Below, one piece after another: positions 1 to 15,173 of a DNA stretch of 64,000 bases. The DNA comes from the human T2T-CHM13v2.0 reference genome, Homo sapiens, in the NCBI RefSeq assembly GCF_009914755.1, contig NC_060931.1. One strand, 5' to 3'. The notes beneath the pieces are model-generated. The model was not told the DNA's origin. It worked only from the letters and a program-made list of their open reading frames with translations, and ran no database searches. Position 1 is the first letter of the stretch, and each line of letters starts with the position of its first letter. Both the position numbers and the translations under genes were made by a program.

Positions 1-19
1 GCAGATACTGAATTAAGAG

Positions 20-105
20 TTTACATTCATTATCTATTTTAACCCTCACAAGAACCAAAAAACCCTATGAGTTTGGAAATATTACTTTCCACATTTTACA
101 GACAC
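20..105 (-). mobile_element. MIR SINE fragment
   Basis: 'aaccctcacaagaacc...cctatgag...attttacagac' is the reverse complement of the MIR core. Confidence 0.55.
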
Positions 106-164
106 ATATATGAAATTATTAATTTTTTAAAAGAGAATGAGAGTTTATTAAAACTTTAGTTCAT

Positions 165-477
<313 letters not shown>

Positions 478-487
478 TCATATAGCA

Positions 488-700
488 AGGCAACCTGAGT
501 TTCAATAGTGTTTCTGCTAATTACTAAATGTATGATTCCTGGCAAATTATCTAATCTGTTTTTACCTCAATTTCTTTTGTAAAATGAGAGCAATAATAGT
601 ACCTACCTTATAGGCATAATGTGAAGATTAAATATTTCCATGAATTTAAAATGCTTAGATGGTTACCTGAAACATAGAAAAGACTCCATAAATGTTAATA
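488..700 (+). mobile_element. MIR SINE
   Basis: Core 'cctcaatttcttttgtaaaatgagagcaataatagtacctacc...gtgaagattaaat' and a MIR-like 3' end. Confidence 0.75.
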
Positions 701-1083
701 AACATTTATCTATTGATATCTATTGGTTCCTCAATGTTATCTATGTCTTTGTGAGTATATACAGAGCTATCCCATCTTTTGAAAGAGTTGTATAGTGTCT
801 GTTTTTATTTTCTCTATCCCCTTCTGTTTGACTTTTTAGTTTTTTTTTTTAATTGCAAACTGCTACAGTAAATATAATTGTGGGGGTGAGTGTAAATATA
901 TATAGTCTTACAGTTGAATAAATATGTCTACATTGTATACATTTTTCAAGTGTAATTTCTGAATCAACAGCCATGAATATTTAAAATGTGTAGATAATGT
1001 TTGTTACCCACTGAAACACTGACACCAACTTATGTTCCTTCCTATAGGTAGTGTTAATTTCCTCTTGTGTCACTATTACTAGA

Positions 1084-1210
1084 TTTATTCATTTGTTTGT
1101 CCACTAATTCAACAAAATTTATTTGCCAGTTATTATATTTCACATAATTTGTTAAGAACTGCAGACATCTTGTCCCTGTTCATGGAACTCACACTCTTTG
1201 GAGAAGACTG
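1084..1210 (-). mobile_element. L2 3' end fragment
   Basis: 'attcaacaaaatttattt...tgtccctgttcatggaactcacactc' resembles the reverse L2 3' end. Confidence 0.55.
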
Positions 1211-1659
1211 ATTTTAAATATCTAATTGAACGTTGGGAAGATGTCCAGCTGAAATGATGTCAGTATTCCATAACAGATGAAAAAGATAGGTCGTGAAACA
1301 AAGCAGCATGTTCAGAACAAGTCAGAATAAGTAACTTAATACATTAATAAAATGAAATTATTTAATAAATATAATTTTCATAAATATTATATTTATTATA
1401 TATATTTATAGGAAGGTTTTGATAAGTGAAGTCTCAAAGATGGGCTAAGAAATCTATAGATGGGGTCATCCATCATCTTTTTTCAGTCAAGATAGCAAAT
1501 TATCTGAAACATTTCAGTGAATTTTATTCTATTGATATACTGAGCAGATAAAAATGAAAATTAAATGCTTATCATGCATTATGAGGTAAAAAAATTTGTT
1601 GCATTTTTTAGATATTTAAAAAATGGTTTATAATTTGTGATTTTCATTTTATACTTCAG

Positions 1660-1775
1660 TCTTCATCATAACCATCAGCAAGGAGTAAATGACAGCTCAT
1701 AATTTAGCTGCTAGACTTTCAGTGTGGAGCAGGGAGTTGAGGCGGAAACTAGATGTTCTAGTATTTTACAACGAG
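1660..1775 (+). other. Candidate exon (116 nt), closed in all three frames if read as an internal coding exon
   Basis: Acceptor ttttcattttatacttcAG| and donor GAG|GTATCT. Unique sequence, more GC-rich than its flanks. Confidence 0.35.
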
Positions 1776-2428
1776 GTATCTGAATATGCGTTTCCATTTA
1801 TATTCAGTAAGTACCTTATCACAGAGAACATTGTCTCTTCCAGCTCCCACTCCTCCCAAAAGCCACTTAATCAAATTAAATATGCTCAAAGTCTAACCTT
1901 TTAAATCACACTGAAACCAAGCTAGATCCCATGGCGATTTCTCTTTAACACCAGTAATTATATGCTTCCATTGCCCTCTGACTCCTGCAGGATCCAGGGC
2001 AGTTCAGTGTGGAAATGAGCCTCTTTAATTCCCATTTCTGCAATTCAGTCCAAAAACTGTAGGGTGGGAACATTTTTTTCCCTCTCTTAACTAAAGCAAA
2101 TGGTACAGAGGCTCTGATCCATTTCATCATTTAGACGATCTACTACTGCCAAAATAAATCAATTAGAGAAACATTCATCAATTGTATTCAGCACCACCAC
2201 CTAATCTTCCGACAGTTTCCAGTCATAGAGATTCGTCTACTCCCTCTGGCTGGGTAGCAGAAAAATCTCAAAACTTAGGAGCATGGATACTCAGTCCTTG
2301 ATCTAGATTTATCCAACACTGCACTGAACATTGTGCTTAGAATAAAGTACCTGAGCTACTCTTGCCAAAGAAATGTTTAATGATGTTACAAATGAAGTGT
2401 TAAATTTGATTCACTGCATTTTATATAT

Positions 2429-2744
2429 CAGTGCTATGCAGTAGAAATATAACGTGACCCACCACATAATGTAATTTTTTATTTTCTAGTATCCACGTTA
2501 AAAATAGTAAAAGGAAAAAGGTGAAATTAATTTTCATAATATATTTTATTTAAATCAATATATCCAAAATACTAACATTTCAACATATAATCAATATAAA
2601 AATTGTTAATGAGATATTTTACAATTTTTTTATATAAAGTATTTGAAATATGATGCATATTTTACACTTACAGCACATGTCAATTCAGACTTGCCACATT
2701 TTAAGTACTCAATAGCCACATGTGGCCAATAGCTGCCATGTTAC

Positions 2745-2746
<2 letters not shown>
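2429..2746. mobile_element. MER33 (hAT-Charlie DNA transposon relic)
   Basis: Colinear with MER33 from 'cagtgctatgcagtagaaatataa' to 'ctcaatagccacatgtggcc'. Confidence 0.85.

Positions 2747-2777
<31 letters not shown>
2747..2777. repeat. (TG)n microsatellite
   Basis: About 15 perfect TG units. Confidence 0.95.
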
Positions 2778-2779
<2 letters not shown>

Positions 2780-3029
2780 ATATATATGTAACTTTAAATT
2801 CTCTCTGAAATAGGATGGAACAAAATTTTAAAGTTAAAAAGAGCAATAGTTAACATTTTTATGGCAGTTAATAGTTTGCTAAGCACTCTAATACACAGAA
2901 TTGTAGTTGACTTGCATATCAGACCCATTTTCTTCTGCTATATCAAAGCAATTCCTAAAGTAGAAAGCATGACATGTGTAAGAGAGAGAAAAATAAAAGT
3001 TTACTTAGAACTAAACTCACAGCAGCAAT

Positions 3030-4505
3030 TTTTACATTCAAAGCTCAGGCCACAAAAGCAAAAATAAATACATGGGACTATATCAAACTGAAAAGCTTCT
3101 TCATAGCAAAGGAAACAATCAACAAAACGAAAGAGCAGCCTATGGATTGGAAAAAATATTTACAAACCATATATCTGATAACAGGTTAATATCTAACATG
3201 TGTAAATAACTCATATAACTCAAAAGTAGAAGAACAATCTGATTAAAAAATAGGTGAGAGACCTGAATAGGCATTTCTCCAAAGAAAACATAAAAATCAC
3301 CAAAAAGTATAGGAAAATATGTTCGACATTATTAATCATCAGGGAAATGTAAATCAAAACCACTGTGAGATACCATCCCACACCTGTTAAAATAACTATT
3401 GACAGAAAGTCAAAAGGAAGCAAATGTTGGCAACGGTGTAGAGAAAAGGGAACTCCTGCACATTGTTAGTGGGAACATAGATTGGTACAGCCATGAGGGA
3501 AAAACAGTATGGAGGTTTCTAAAGTAATTACAAATAGAACTACGATATGACCCAGCAATCCCTCTGGGCTCCAAAGGAAATGAAGTTACTACCTAATAAA
3601 TATATCTGCACTCTCATGTTCATTACAGCATTATTCACAATAGCCAAAATATGGAAACAATCTGTGTCTGTAAGTGGACAAATGAATAAAGAAATAATAT
3701 GGAATATTATTTGGCCTTAAAATTAATGAGATCTTGCCATTTGCTACAACATAGATGAGGCTGGAAGATACTATGCTAAGTGAAATAAGCCAGACACAGA
3801 AGAAAAATATTGCAGAATCTTACTTATATGTATAATCTGGAAAAAAAATCAAATATACAGACACAGTGGTTACTGGTGGTAGGCACGGAGAGAAAATGGG
3901 GAGGTAGAACAGAGGATACAAAGTAGCAGATATAAGGCACTGTGGCTCATGCCTATAATCCCATCACTTTGCTGCCAAGAGGCCAAGATAGGACGATCAC
4001 TTGGGCCCAGGAGTTTGAAACCAGACTGGGCAACAAAGCTAGACCCTCCCCTCTACAAAACATAAAAAATTAGCCAGGTGTGGTAGTACATGTCTGTGCT
4101 CCCAGCTACATGGGAGACTGAGGCAGAACAATTGCTTGAGGCCAGGAGCTTGAGGCTTCAGTGAGCATGACTATGCCATTAAACTCCAGCCTGGGTGACA
4201 GAGCAAGGTCCTGTCTCAAACAAACAAACAAATAAACAAAAGTGTTTAAAAGTAACAGATACATAGGATAAACAAGTCCAGAGATCTAACGTACAATATG
4301 AGGTCTATAGGTAATAAAATTGTACTGAATTTGGGATTCCTGCTAAAAAAGTAGATTTTAGCTGCTCTTGTCACAAAAAAAATCTAAATGAGTAACTATG
4401 AGAAATGATGAATGCATTAATTTGCTTCACTATCATAGCCTTTTTTATCTTTAAGTATGCCATAATATCATGTTGTATGCCTTAAATGTACACACTCAAT
4501 TTTTT
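3030..4505 (+). mobile_element. L1MA/L1MB-type LINE-1 3' fragment (ORF2 C-terminus plus 3'UTR), split by an AluJ
   Basis: ORF2-like peptide KAQATKAKINTWDYIKLKSF, followed by an L1M 3'UTR on both sides of the Alu. Confidence 0.9.
3935..4247 (+). mobile_element. AluJ inserted in L1
   Basis: Diverged Alu dimer with J-type 'gcccaggagtttga'. TSD-like aaagtagcagata / aaagtaacagata. Confidence 0.9.
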
Positions 4506-4641
4506 AAAGTAAGTTACATAAGGCACATTAGAAGGTAAATAAATGTAAATAAATCTTTATACCAAGCCCACCCCTTAGGAAATCTTATTAGGGAGACATA
4601 AAAATAAAATCTCAAGTAGATGTTTCTTTGTTCAGTGAGGC

Positions 4642-5016
4642 TGTATTGGTTCATTCTCACGCTGCTAATAAAGACATTCCTGAGACTGGGTAATTTGTAA
4701 AGGAAAGAGAATTAATTGACTCACAGTTCAGCATGGCTGGGAAGGCCTCAGGAAACTTACAATCATGGCAGAAGGGAAAGCAAACACATCCTTCTTCACA
4801 TGGCAGCAGAAAGGAGAAGTGCCAAGCAAAAGGGGAAAAAGCCCCTTATAAAACCATCAAATCTCATGATAACTCACTCATTATCAGAGAACAGCATGAG
4901 GAAAACTGCCTCCATGATTAAAGTATCTCCCACTGAGTTCCTCCCGGGACATGTGGGGACAATAGGAACTGCAATTCAAGATGAGATTTCGATGAAGAAA
5001 CAGTCAAACCATATCA
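4642..5016 (-). mobile_element. THE1C-like MaLR solo LTR
   Basis: TG...CA termini and THE1 body. 5-bp TSD GAGGC/GAAGC. Confidence 0.9.
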
Positions 5017-5791
5017 GAAGCATAGGAAGAAGTTCGAGATCACACAAATAGACTCAGCTAAGTCTGGAGGCTGGAGTTAGAGAGGGATGGCTTGTTTCAC
5101 ATCAGAATGTGTATTTGTGGTTAGCTGACTTGGTTGAGGCAGGGTTTGAGAGAACTGCTCAGTAGAAGGGATAGGGGATAATGACATGGCCACAGGGTAA
5201 ATTTCATTTTGTCAAAATTACCCAAGGGGATTCTCAGAACCAGCCCTTTTAGCCTTCTCTCCTTGACCTTATTAATAAAAGTAAATTTTTCCACCACTCT
5301 TACAAGAAATAAGTCCTTTTTATAAAATTTTAATTTCAACCAATATTAGAATGTCTCTGTATACTACTTGCCACATATCTTTCTGCCTTTATCCTCGCCT
5401 ATTTTTCTGGCCTTTTTAAAAAAATATTTTTCTGTAGTCAGAACTGTAGAGTTAATATGCTTCACCAATTATTGGCCACTACTGTGCTGTTTACAATATT
5501 AATTTATAATCTATCTCATGAACTGTTCTAAGTATGGTTGTGTGGTTGCTTTGAGTATCCAACTTAAAAGCAGTTATTCATGTGGGCAGAAATAAAATAT
5601 TTTAATAAAAAACTGTAACTGTGTTGTTGTCATCCCTTTTATAAATTTGTGTTGAGGATAAATCAGTTTTAGCAGTAGGGAACAGCAACTCAGCTCTGGA
5701 GCTTACTAGTCTTATGGAAGCCTCGCTGGTATTTCTTACTTCATCTCTTCCCTTTATTTAATGTCTTGCTTTTTACTATAATATCACCTCC

Positions 5792-5920
5792 TTTTTATAT
5801 AGACAGGGTCTCGCTATGTTGCCCAGGCTCCACTCAAATTTCTGGGCTCAAGTGATCCGATCTTCCTTCCTCAGTCTCTCAAGTAGCTGGGACTGCACGC
5901 AAGCACCACAGTACCCAGCT
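5792..5920 (-). mobile_element. FLAM / Alu monomer
   Basis: Single Alu monomer. TSD-like tatcacctcctt / tatcacttcctt. Confidence 0.85.
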
Positions 5921-6085
5921 GTTATCACTTCCTTCAGCTCTGCTCTTAACATCGGAACTATAGAGAAGCAGTGGTCTAGTTAAAAAAACAAACAGTTGTT
6001 TGCTATTTCTCCAGGCTGGGTGCCCAGTCCCACTTTCTCTGTGACAACCTAACAATCTTAAGACGGGTCTTTAAAACCAGGCAAT

Positions 6086-6455
<370 letters not shown>

Positions 6456-7689
6456 TTAAGCCTTCCTCCTAATACCTCATTTTGGAAGGTGAAGGTATGA
6501 CAGCACTATAATTCACCTTGGTTATTGATCCATCCCTTGAGAAACTATGCTAATTGTATCAAAAACACAGCTGTTGGCGAAGAAACACAAACTGGCTCTA
6601 TGGGTTTAGGAGATAATTTGAAGTTAGAGCATCAGTCTTCAAAGTATAGGCTACCCTGTCCAGGGAAAGTGTAAGGCAAGTACTTGGGGAAAACAAAAGA
6701 ACATCAGAACTTGGATTTTTAAAAATCTAAAATTAGAACAAAATTAGACTTTAGATTTAACACATAGAGAGACATACATGTATATAATAATATACATAAA
6801 CATATATGTATAATTTATAAACAAATATGCATATTTTAAAAACATAGGCTCGAAATTTTTTAACTGATGCGATTCATAAAAATGTCTGAATTTTTTATGT
6901 TTCATAAAAAACATTTACAAGATTGGTAAAATTCAAGGCCAGTCCAATGTGACAGGCACAATGTACCCAAATTTTCAAAGCTGTGAAGGAGTGAATGAAA
7001 ATATCCTTTTAGGACTGCTTAGGCCCAGTGTGGGCTGGAGATTTTTCTCAAACATAAGTAATTCAATTAAGACAAAAGCTTTATTTGGCCATTTGTTATT
7101 TTCCCATAAACATATAACTGAGTTGTCTAAATCATTAGCAATTTTTTGTCCTTATAAAATTAAGTCAACACACAACTTGGAGCAATATTTAAAGAAACAA
7201 AAAGAGCCAAAGATAAGTTAAGCAATCTAGTCTCAATAAAGTTAACTATTAATCTTTGACTCATTAAAGTTTGCTTTTCTTTCTACACGGGGAAAAACCT
7301 TCACTTTTTCTCACTTCTAAGCTGCTCTAGACCTTTACCTTCCTCTGTTTCCTAAGGAGCATTTTGTTTCTGATTTTAAGAAGTTCTATAACTTGTTTAC
7401 CCTCCTGTATTAAAGAAAAGTCACTGATGATCTAATTTGGGTGAGTTAGTGTTTCCATCAAAAAGCAGTTCATCTCCTTTAGGGGTGCAATTTTTCTAAT
7501 CTCTGGGGGACTGAGGGGACACCTTATCACCTTTGCAAGAAATAGATTCCATGATCCTCCTTCAAGATCCATAAATTGGAAAAGGTACTTGGCTCGAATC
7601 ACCCGAAATCATGAAAAACTATTATAATTTGTGATAAAATTCTAGTTCTGAAAAAAATCTTAAGCCAAAAAAAGGCTGTCTAGTTTTTA

Positions 7690-8815
7690 TTTTCATTAAA
7701 ACAAATGTATATATGTGGTATACAAAGACAATGAAATTGTTTGGTTTGATTGTTTTTAAGTATTATGAAATGGAATCATACTATGTATATCCTTTTACAA
7801 GGTGATGTTTTTCAATGGGCCATTAGGTTTCTAAGATTCACTCTTGTTTCTATGTGAAGCTGCTGATCATTGTTTCACTGCTGAATAGTATTTCATTGTG
7901 TCAGTATACCACAATTTATTTAGCTATTATCTCATTGTGTCAATTTATTTAGCTATTCTTCCTTCAACAGATATTTTTGTTATTTGTAGGTAATTTGATT
8001 GTTTTGCTCTTAATAGCAATGCTATCATGAACATTCCCGCTGCTGCATTTTGTTAACACATGTAATGACCTTAGTAGGCAGTAGATTTCAAATCTTTAGG
8101 CCACAATAGACAGTGAGGTACACATTTTAACACAGGTAACAGACACAGGCACACATATAAATAAAACTGAAGCAAATTCCTTCAATCTTTACCAATTTAA
8201 ATGGCACTCTACCATCCATTTTCTAATTCCATATTTTGCTTTATTACATATATTAGTTATATGTATTGTTTTGTAGTCTATATTGTTCCATTTAATTTTT
8301 TAAAATGCTGGTAAGATCATTGAAACTGAGATTCATAGTTTAAAAATACAGCTTTCTATCCATCATACACCTGATAGAAAAATGCTGTTTCAAATATTTA
8401 CTTTCTCAATAAGACAATAACAATTATTTTCAAAATATGATTGAGTCAAATCAAATTTCAACTACTACCATAAAACAATTCATTCCTCTCCACATTCCAC
8501 AGACATTAGTATTATCAGACTTCCAGTTTTTTTAAAAAAATCAATGCAAATCACATAAAACAACATCTAGTTGTCATTTGTATTTTAATCCCTCTGATTA
8601 ATAAGTTGAACATCATTTCCTCTTATTCAAAATACTATTTGAGTTTTTAATATGATTTCTAGTAGTGCTATTTACATATTGGTTTGTAAGAAAGTTTGTT
8701 ATACCACTGATGCTAATTCAATTCTATTTAATTATAGTGTCCAGTGTCTTATCTCACTTTAGGCTTGCCTTTAATATTACATATTGTGTCTTTTAATGAA
8801 AATAAAATTTTCAGA
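7690..8815 (-). mobile_element. Old L1M(E)-type fragments
   Basis: 'aaatggaatcatactatgtat...ctgaatagtatttcattgtg...ataccacaatttattta' matches a reverse L1M 3'UTR. Confidence 0.6.
8079..8351. mobile_element. hAT-Charlie-like DNA transposon relic inside the L1M
   Basis: Degenerate TIRs cagtagatttcaaa / tttaaaaatacag and a Charlie-type body. Subfamily uncertain. Confidence 0.5.
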
Positions 8816-8829
8816 TTACCTGTATTCTT

Positions 8830-9170
8830 TTCTTTTTCTTTTCTTTTTTTTTTTGTTTGTTTGTTTGTTTGTTTGTTTGAGATGGAGTCTTGCTCTGTCA
8901 CCTGTCACTAGGCTGGAGTGCAGTGGCACAATCACAGCTAACTGAATCCTCGACTTCCCAGGCTGAAGTGTATTTCCTTCCTCGCCTCCCGAGTAGCTGG
9001 GACAACAGGCTTGCACCACCACGCCTGGCTAATATTTTGGGTATTTTTTGTAGAGACAGGGTTTCACCATGTTGCCCATGCTGGTCTCAAACTCCTGGAC
9101 TCAAGCAATCCTCCCTCCTTGGCCTTCCAAAGTGCAGGGCTTATGGGCATGAGCCACTATGCCCAGCCTG
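8830..9170 (-). mobile_element. AluJ
   Basis: Reverse Alu dimer with a (TTTG)n tail. TSD-like tattctttt. Confidence 0.92.
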
Positions 9171-11441
9171 GATATTCTTTTGACTAGTGCTGCTGATTTT
9201 CCTTATGTGCTTACAGATCCTTGGTTGTTCATTTATATTAAAACAAAAGACCCAGGCATCTATTTTGCATTTCTTATGCTGTTGGGTTAGTATGTATATT
9301 CCCAACTGGATCTCTCTCTTGAGGGGATATTCTCAATACGATTTCTATATTAGGTAGGATGACGCTTTCTTAATAACAAGCTTCACTTCAGGGTGAACAG
9401 GCCTGGAATTCTCTAAGGGTACAATCCCAAACCTATGTGTGTATGTGTGTATCAGGGTGCACAGAGGAGTGAGTTTGGCATCAGTAACTTCCAAAGTTGT
9501 CATAGATAGAAGCTTTTCTTATTCCAAACCTTCACTAAATCAGTGCCTCTAAGCCCAGAATCTCTTTGAAATTTTGCTGGGCAAATTGCTCCAAGACTTT
9601 TCTGCAGATTCCTTAATAAATGCTACTATCTCTTCACCTCTCTCATTTTCAACCCGTACATTAACACTTCCTATCTTCAAGAAACTTTAGAAATCTTTTA
9701 TTCTGTTGTAATTTTCCTCTGTTCTTCTGCTATGGTCTTATTATCTTATTTATTACACTTTTTATTTCTAGTTCAGTTTTAACTTTAGAAGGACATGAAA
9801 CAAATCCGTAAACTGATCTTTCATCTTGAACTAGATGACACATGAGTCATGTAGCTTTACCCCTTCCTCAGTGGTTGGTTAGTATGCAGTTGTGTTAGCT
9901 TGAAATAAGGGAAGGAATGAAAAGCAAAATCTCATGGGAGATCCATTTCTTCATTCAGCAAATACAGAGCATCTTATAGAAAACCTGGTTGAGAAAGAAT
10001 GGCCAGATTATAAAAAGAAACAGGAGAAAGCAAAGTCAGTTATGTAAAGGCAGGGAGTAGTTTCAGGAGTTACTAATGGTTAATGCTATCTATTGCTGTA
10101 AAATATTTTATAAGCAGGGGAAGGACTCTAACGTGATTTTTTTCCTGGTGTTTTAATCTGAGGGATATCACTAGTCTGCAGGGATCCAAGCTTGTCCAGA
10201 CTTACAATCCACTACCTCTTCTCTGTCAACTCAAATTTAACCTTTCTCCATATGATGCTACAGTTGTAGTTTTGCCTTAGAACTTTAAAAAAAAAAAAAA
10301 AGACTATCTGAACTCTTTCAAATTGAAAGTATTTGTTTACAATTGTATGTCCAAATACTTCTAATCTTCTGTATTTCACATAGTTAGTTGCACTTGCTTT
10401 AAAATGCTTGAGCTATGAACTATTTCTATGTTTTAAACTCAATCAATCAATAACACAACACACTTTACAACTGATTTCTCTGTACTATAAGGCATAAAAA
10501 GAAGGATAAGAACTGGCTTCTTCTAAACAAGATTTTATGACAATACAGTAAAGAAATTACACTAATGCTATTTAGACTTCCACTGAACTGGACATAATAG
10601 AATATAATTTTCTTCCAAATCTTAACTATAAATCCCTGAATATCCCCAATAATCAGCTCAGGCCCAGACAAGGAAATGCTAAGAACATTTATCTCACAAA
10701 TTTGAGCTTCAAAGGGTTATCTTGAACTCTTTCACTGTCAGAGAAGTATCCAAGCAAAGGTCAGGCACTCATTAAAGCTTATCTGAAGCCACAGTTATAT
10801 GTTATGGTTTATTGCCTCAAGTACCAATTAATACAGAATTAAAGAAATGAAAAACCAGTGATTCATACCTTTGCAGACAAATCTTCATACTTCAGCATAA
10901 TATTAAAATATTGTCATTTTAGTCATGCAGTATTTTATTAGGCACTTAACTCTGTAGGTTTTACCAAAAGATATATAACATTCATTTTTAACAAAATGCA
11001 GAGGAGATTTGGGGAACATTTATCCAAAAGCTAATAAAGTAAAATCTTAGAGGTATTTTCTAACCAGCGACTTAAACACGGACATCAATTATTAATGAAG
11101 TTGAAATGCTTAATAATAGGGGACTGGAAAGATGTTACAAAGAATTGCTGAAATATCACCATGATATCAAGGGCGATTGTCTTCTTAGGAGGCATACAAA
11201 AAACAATAAAAAGCATAATTGCACACTATAACATTAATGAATTTTGCCTACAAGGCTATTGGTTGGGAGACGAGAAAGAGGATACTGAAGAACCACGGGA
11301 GAGATTACAGAAGCATGCATTCCCCATTTCATTACTATATTTTATGTAACTTGGAAGCATTCTTACCCTTCCTGTAGATAAATGCTAACCCAGTAATACT
11401 GATAATCTCCTTCAAATACCTGTAGGCACATTTTGCATGTA

Positions 11442-11861
11442 CGATTGACTGCTGAACAAAGCAGGAGTTGGGGCACACACCCCCACACAGTTGGAATCTG
11501 AATATAAGTTTAAACTCTTTCCAAAAGCTTCACTGGTAACAGCCTACTGTTGACCAGAAGTCTTACTAATAACATAAACAGCCTATTAACATGTTTTGTA
11601 TGTTATATATATTAGATACTGCATTTCTACAGAAAGGGTAGAAAAAAAGTTCTTAAGAAAATCATAAGAGAAAATACATTTACTAAGTGAAAGTGGATAC
11701 TCATGAAGGTTTTATCCTCATCATCTTCACATTGAGTAAGCTGAGAAGGAGGAGGAAGCAGAGGAGTCAGTCTTGCTGTCTCAGTGGTGGCAGAGGTAAG
11801 AGTAAATCCACATATAAGTGAACCTATGCAGTTCAAACCTGTGTTGTTCAAGGGTCAACTG
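11442..11861 (-). mobile_element. Tigger2a (MER28) TcMar DNA transposon
   Basis: TIRs cgattgactgctgaacaa / ttgttcaagggtcaactg, TA target on both sides, colinear body of about 420 bp. Confidence 0.9.
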
Positions 11862-11939
11862 TATATTCGTTTCATGATAAGCAAATGCTTCATCCTACCA
11901 AGAGCCCTAAGCCAGTACTGTCAAGCAGGCTAAACTTAC

Positions 11940-12004
11940 GCTTTTGCTCCTAGAGCTCTCCAAACTTTGCATCCTACTTTCATCATTATCTGTGATGTCG
12001 TCCT
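11940..12004 (-). other. Candidate exon (65 nt)
   Basis: Minus strand reads gctttcattttctAG|AGGACG...CAAAAGC|GTAAGT. Purine-rich unique sequence. Confidence 0.4.
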
Positions 12005-13698
12005 CTAGAAAATGAAAGCTGTCCTTCCAAATGCTTAACAACATTGTAGCAATTGAGTCTGGAGAAAACCTCAAAGATATAATAAATAAAAAAAAAATTC
12101 CCTGTGAACAGCAAGCAAACAAGGTTTTAGGTAGAAAATTATCCTTGATAAATTGAGTCTTCTTAGGATGTGCATAGATACAGATGGGTTCTTATGTTAT
12201 TACTGCCATTTAAAAGACAGCTGAAGTTTTAAGACGTTTTGTGACTGAGACACTATTGTCCATTTTTGGAAATTGAGCCTTGTAAATACTTTTACATTGG
12301 CACTAGCTTAAAATCTATCGTACACTTTCTATCTCAATAACGTGATTAAAAGTTGATGTCTTCTGTCCATTACTTTACTCAAAAGACACATTTGTTACAA
12401 TAATTTGTTTGCTTCTGTGATTGTACTGCTTAGCTCTTTCTTACTCTAGATCTCGTCTTATTATCTTCTTTTGCAACAAATACAATGAATGAATCCTGGA
12501 ATAAAATGACGTAAATAAAGTTACCCCAAAAGTATCAAATATCTCTTCTGTAAGAATTAACAAACTCATTTCCTCAGGGTTTGGACTACACATTTTGTCT
12601 GAACACCTAGGGGTTCATGCTGTTATTTCATTTACTCTGTAAAAATGTATAAATATATCAAGATATTCTAAATATAAATATAAGTAGAAACATATTAATA
12701 TATATCAATATATAATCAAACATATTAAATTATTTTGCTTAATATGTAATACATTTACCTCTAAATTTTCTGAGAGTATATCTTCATACTTTGAAAAGGC
12801 TGATTTGTGTCAAATAACTTTTGCAGATTCAAGATGAGTGAAACTGCACTGTAACTTAAACAGAAAACTATGGTGTAAATATAAATACTGTGAAGAACAT
12901 TACAATTTTACCCAAAAGTCTTTATCGAAATGGCATTGGTATTCAAATTCTGCATATCAGTTCCACATCCAGTAATCTCATTTTCTTTACTGTTTTCATC
13001 TGTAAAGCAAGAATATGAGATTGCCAACATAGCAGAAATATTATAATTAAGTGAAGATTTTTTAAAAGATAAAGAATGATACTAGTAATGACAAGAATGA
13101 TAATGATAATGGTTTGTTCTATTGTCATTGCCTAGACAGGCTCCTGTCTAAAAATGTTTTCTAGTTGTTGTCATTGTTGCTATTTTTCATGTTAATTTTT
13201 TTGACAGAAAAAATAATGGCAGAACAGACTAATAGGTTTGCTTGAATTAATCTAAAAATGAAAAACATTGCCACGAATGTTTCCTCCTACTTTGAGGCTA
13301 TGCTAATTTCCAGGATACTATCCACCCCTTCTCTCCAGTTTCCAAGTTGAAAATCCCTGATATTTGACCAGTTTTATCTCCTTTATCTTTACTCTCACAA
13401 AACTTGCTACTGGATCTCTTTAAAATCTCTGATGCCTTGGGTTTCTAATTATCCTATTTCATAGTACTGTTCTTTGGATTTATTAGCACCGGCATACGTG
13501 AAAAATGCTACCTCCTTCCCTTCACCTGCCACTGTTTCCTCAGTCAGTCCCTCTTCCTAAGGCAAATCAACTTCCAGTTTTCCCTGATTCCCATTGCTGA
13601 ACACCTAAACACTGCTAGACAAATTGTTCAAAGATGCCAATTGGCTCTGTTACAAATTTAGGTATTCCAGACTTATTTGTGTCTTTGAAGTTGTTTGA

Positions 13699-14038
<340 letters not shown>

Positions 14039-14046
14039 AATAACTA

Positions 14047-14347
<301 letters not shown>

Positions 14348-14813
14348 TAGACATCACATACATTCAGCATAGAGGTTATTGCAAGCTTCTGCCATTCTCT
14401 TAAGCCCCCTTTCACATAGACCAACATATGTCCTTGAGTTAATTGACCTAGTTTCTTATTATATTATGAAGATGGAGGCAAATGAATAGAAACACTCCAA
14501 TTTACTCCTTTCCCACTTTCAAAAAAAGTTCTTAGATTCTTCTGTACTGCCTTTGAGGTGGATATAGCATCCTCTTTCAAGTGTCAGCCTTTCAATGATG
14601 TTCATTATGACAGTCATTTCTTCATTCTATTTCCTTGGCCTGTCATTTTCCCTGTTCGTGTGTCTCTAACTTCTCACTGACTTCATTCTCTTTCTCTTAG
14701 ACAAAAACAAAACAAACAAACAAAAAAAACAAACAAAAAAACCCCTGAAGTAAACATTAGCTCAACCCTGTCTCCCATGAAGTTACTGAATTCTCCTCTT
14801 TTTACTGGATTAA

Positions 14814-15173
<360 letters not shown>

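Noticed and set aside
1363-1398. 13-bp AT-only inverted repeat
   Set aside because: Expected in AT low-complexity sequence.
4716-5051. 111-aa ORF
   Set aside because: It lies within the THE1 LTR and has a non-ATG start.
7893-7960. Short local duplications, also at about 47626, 56230 and 62296
   Set aside because: They are ordinary slippage duplications inside old repeats.
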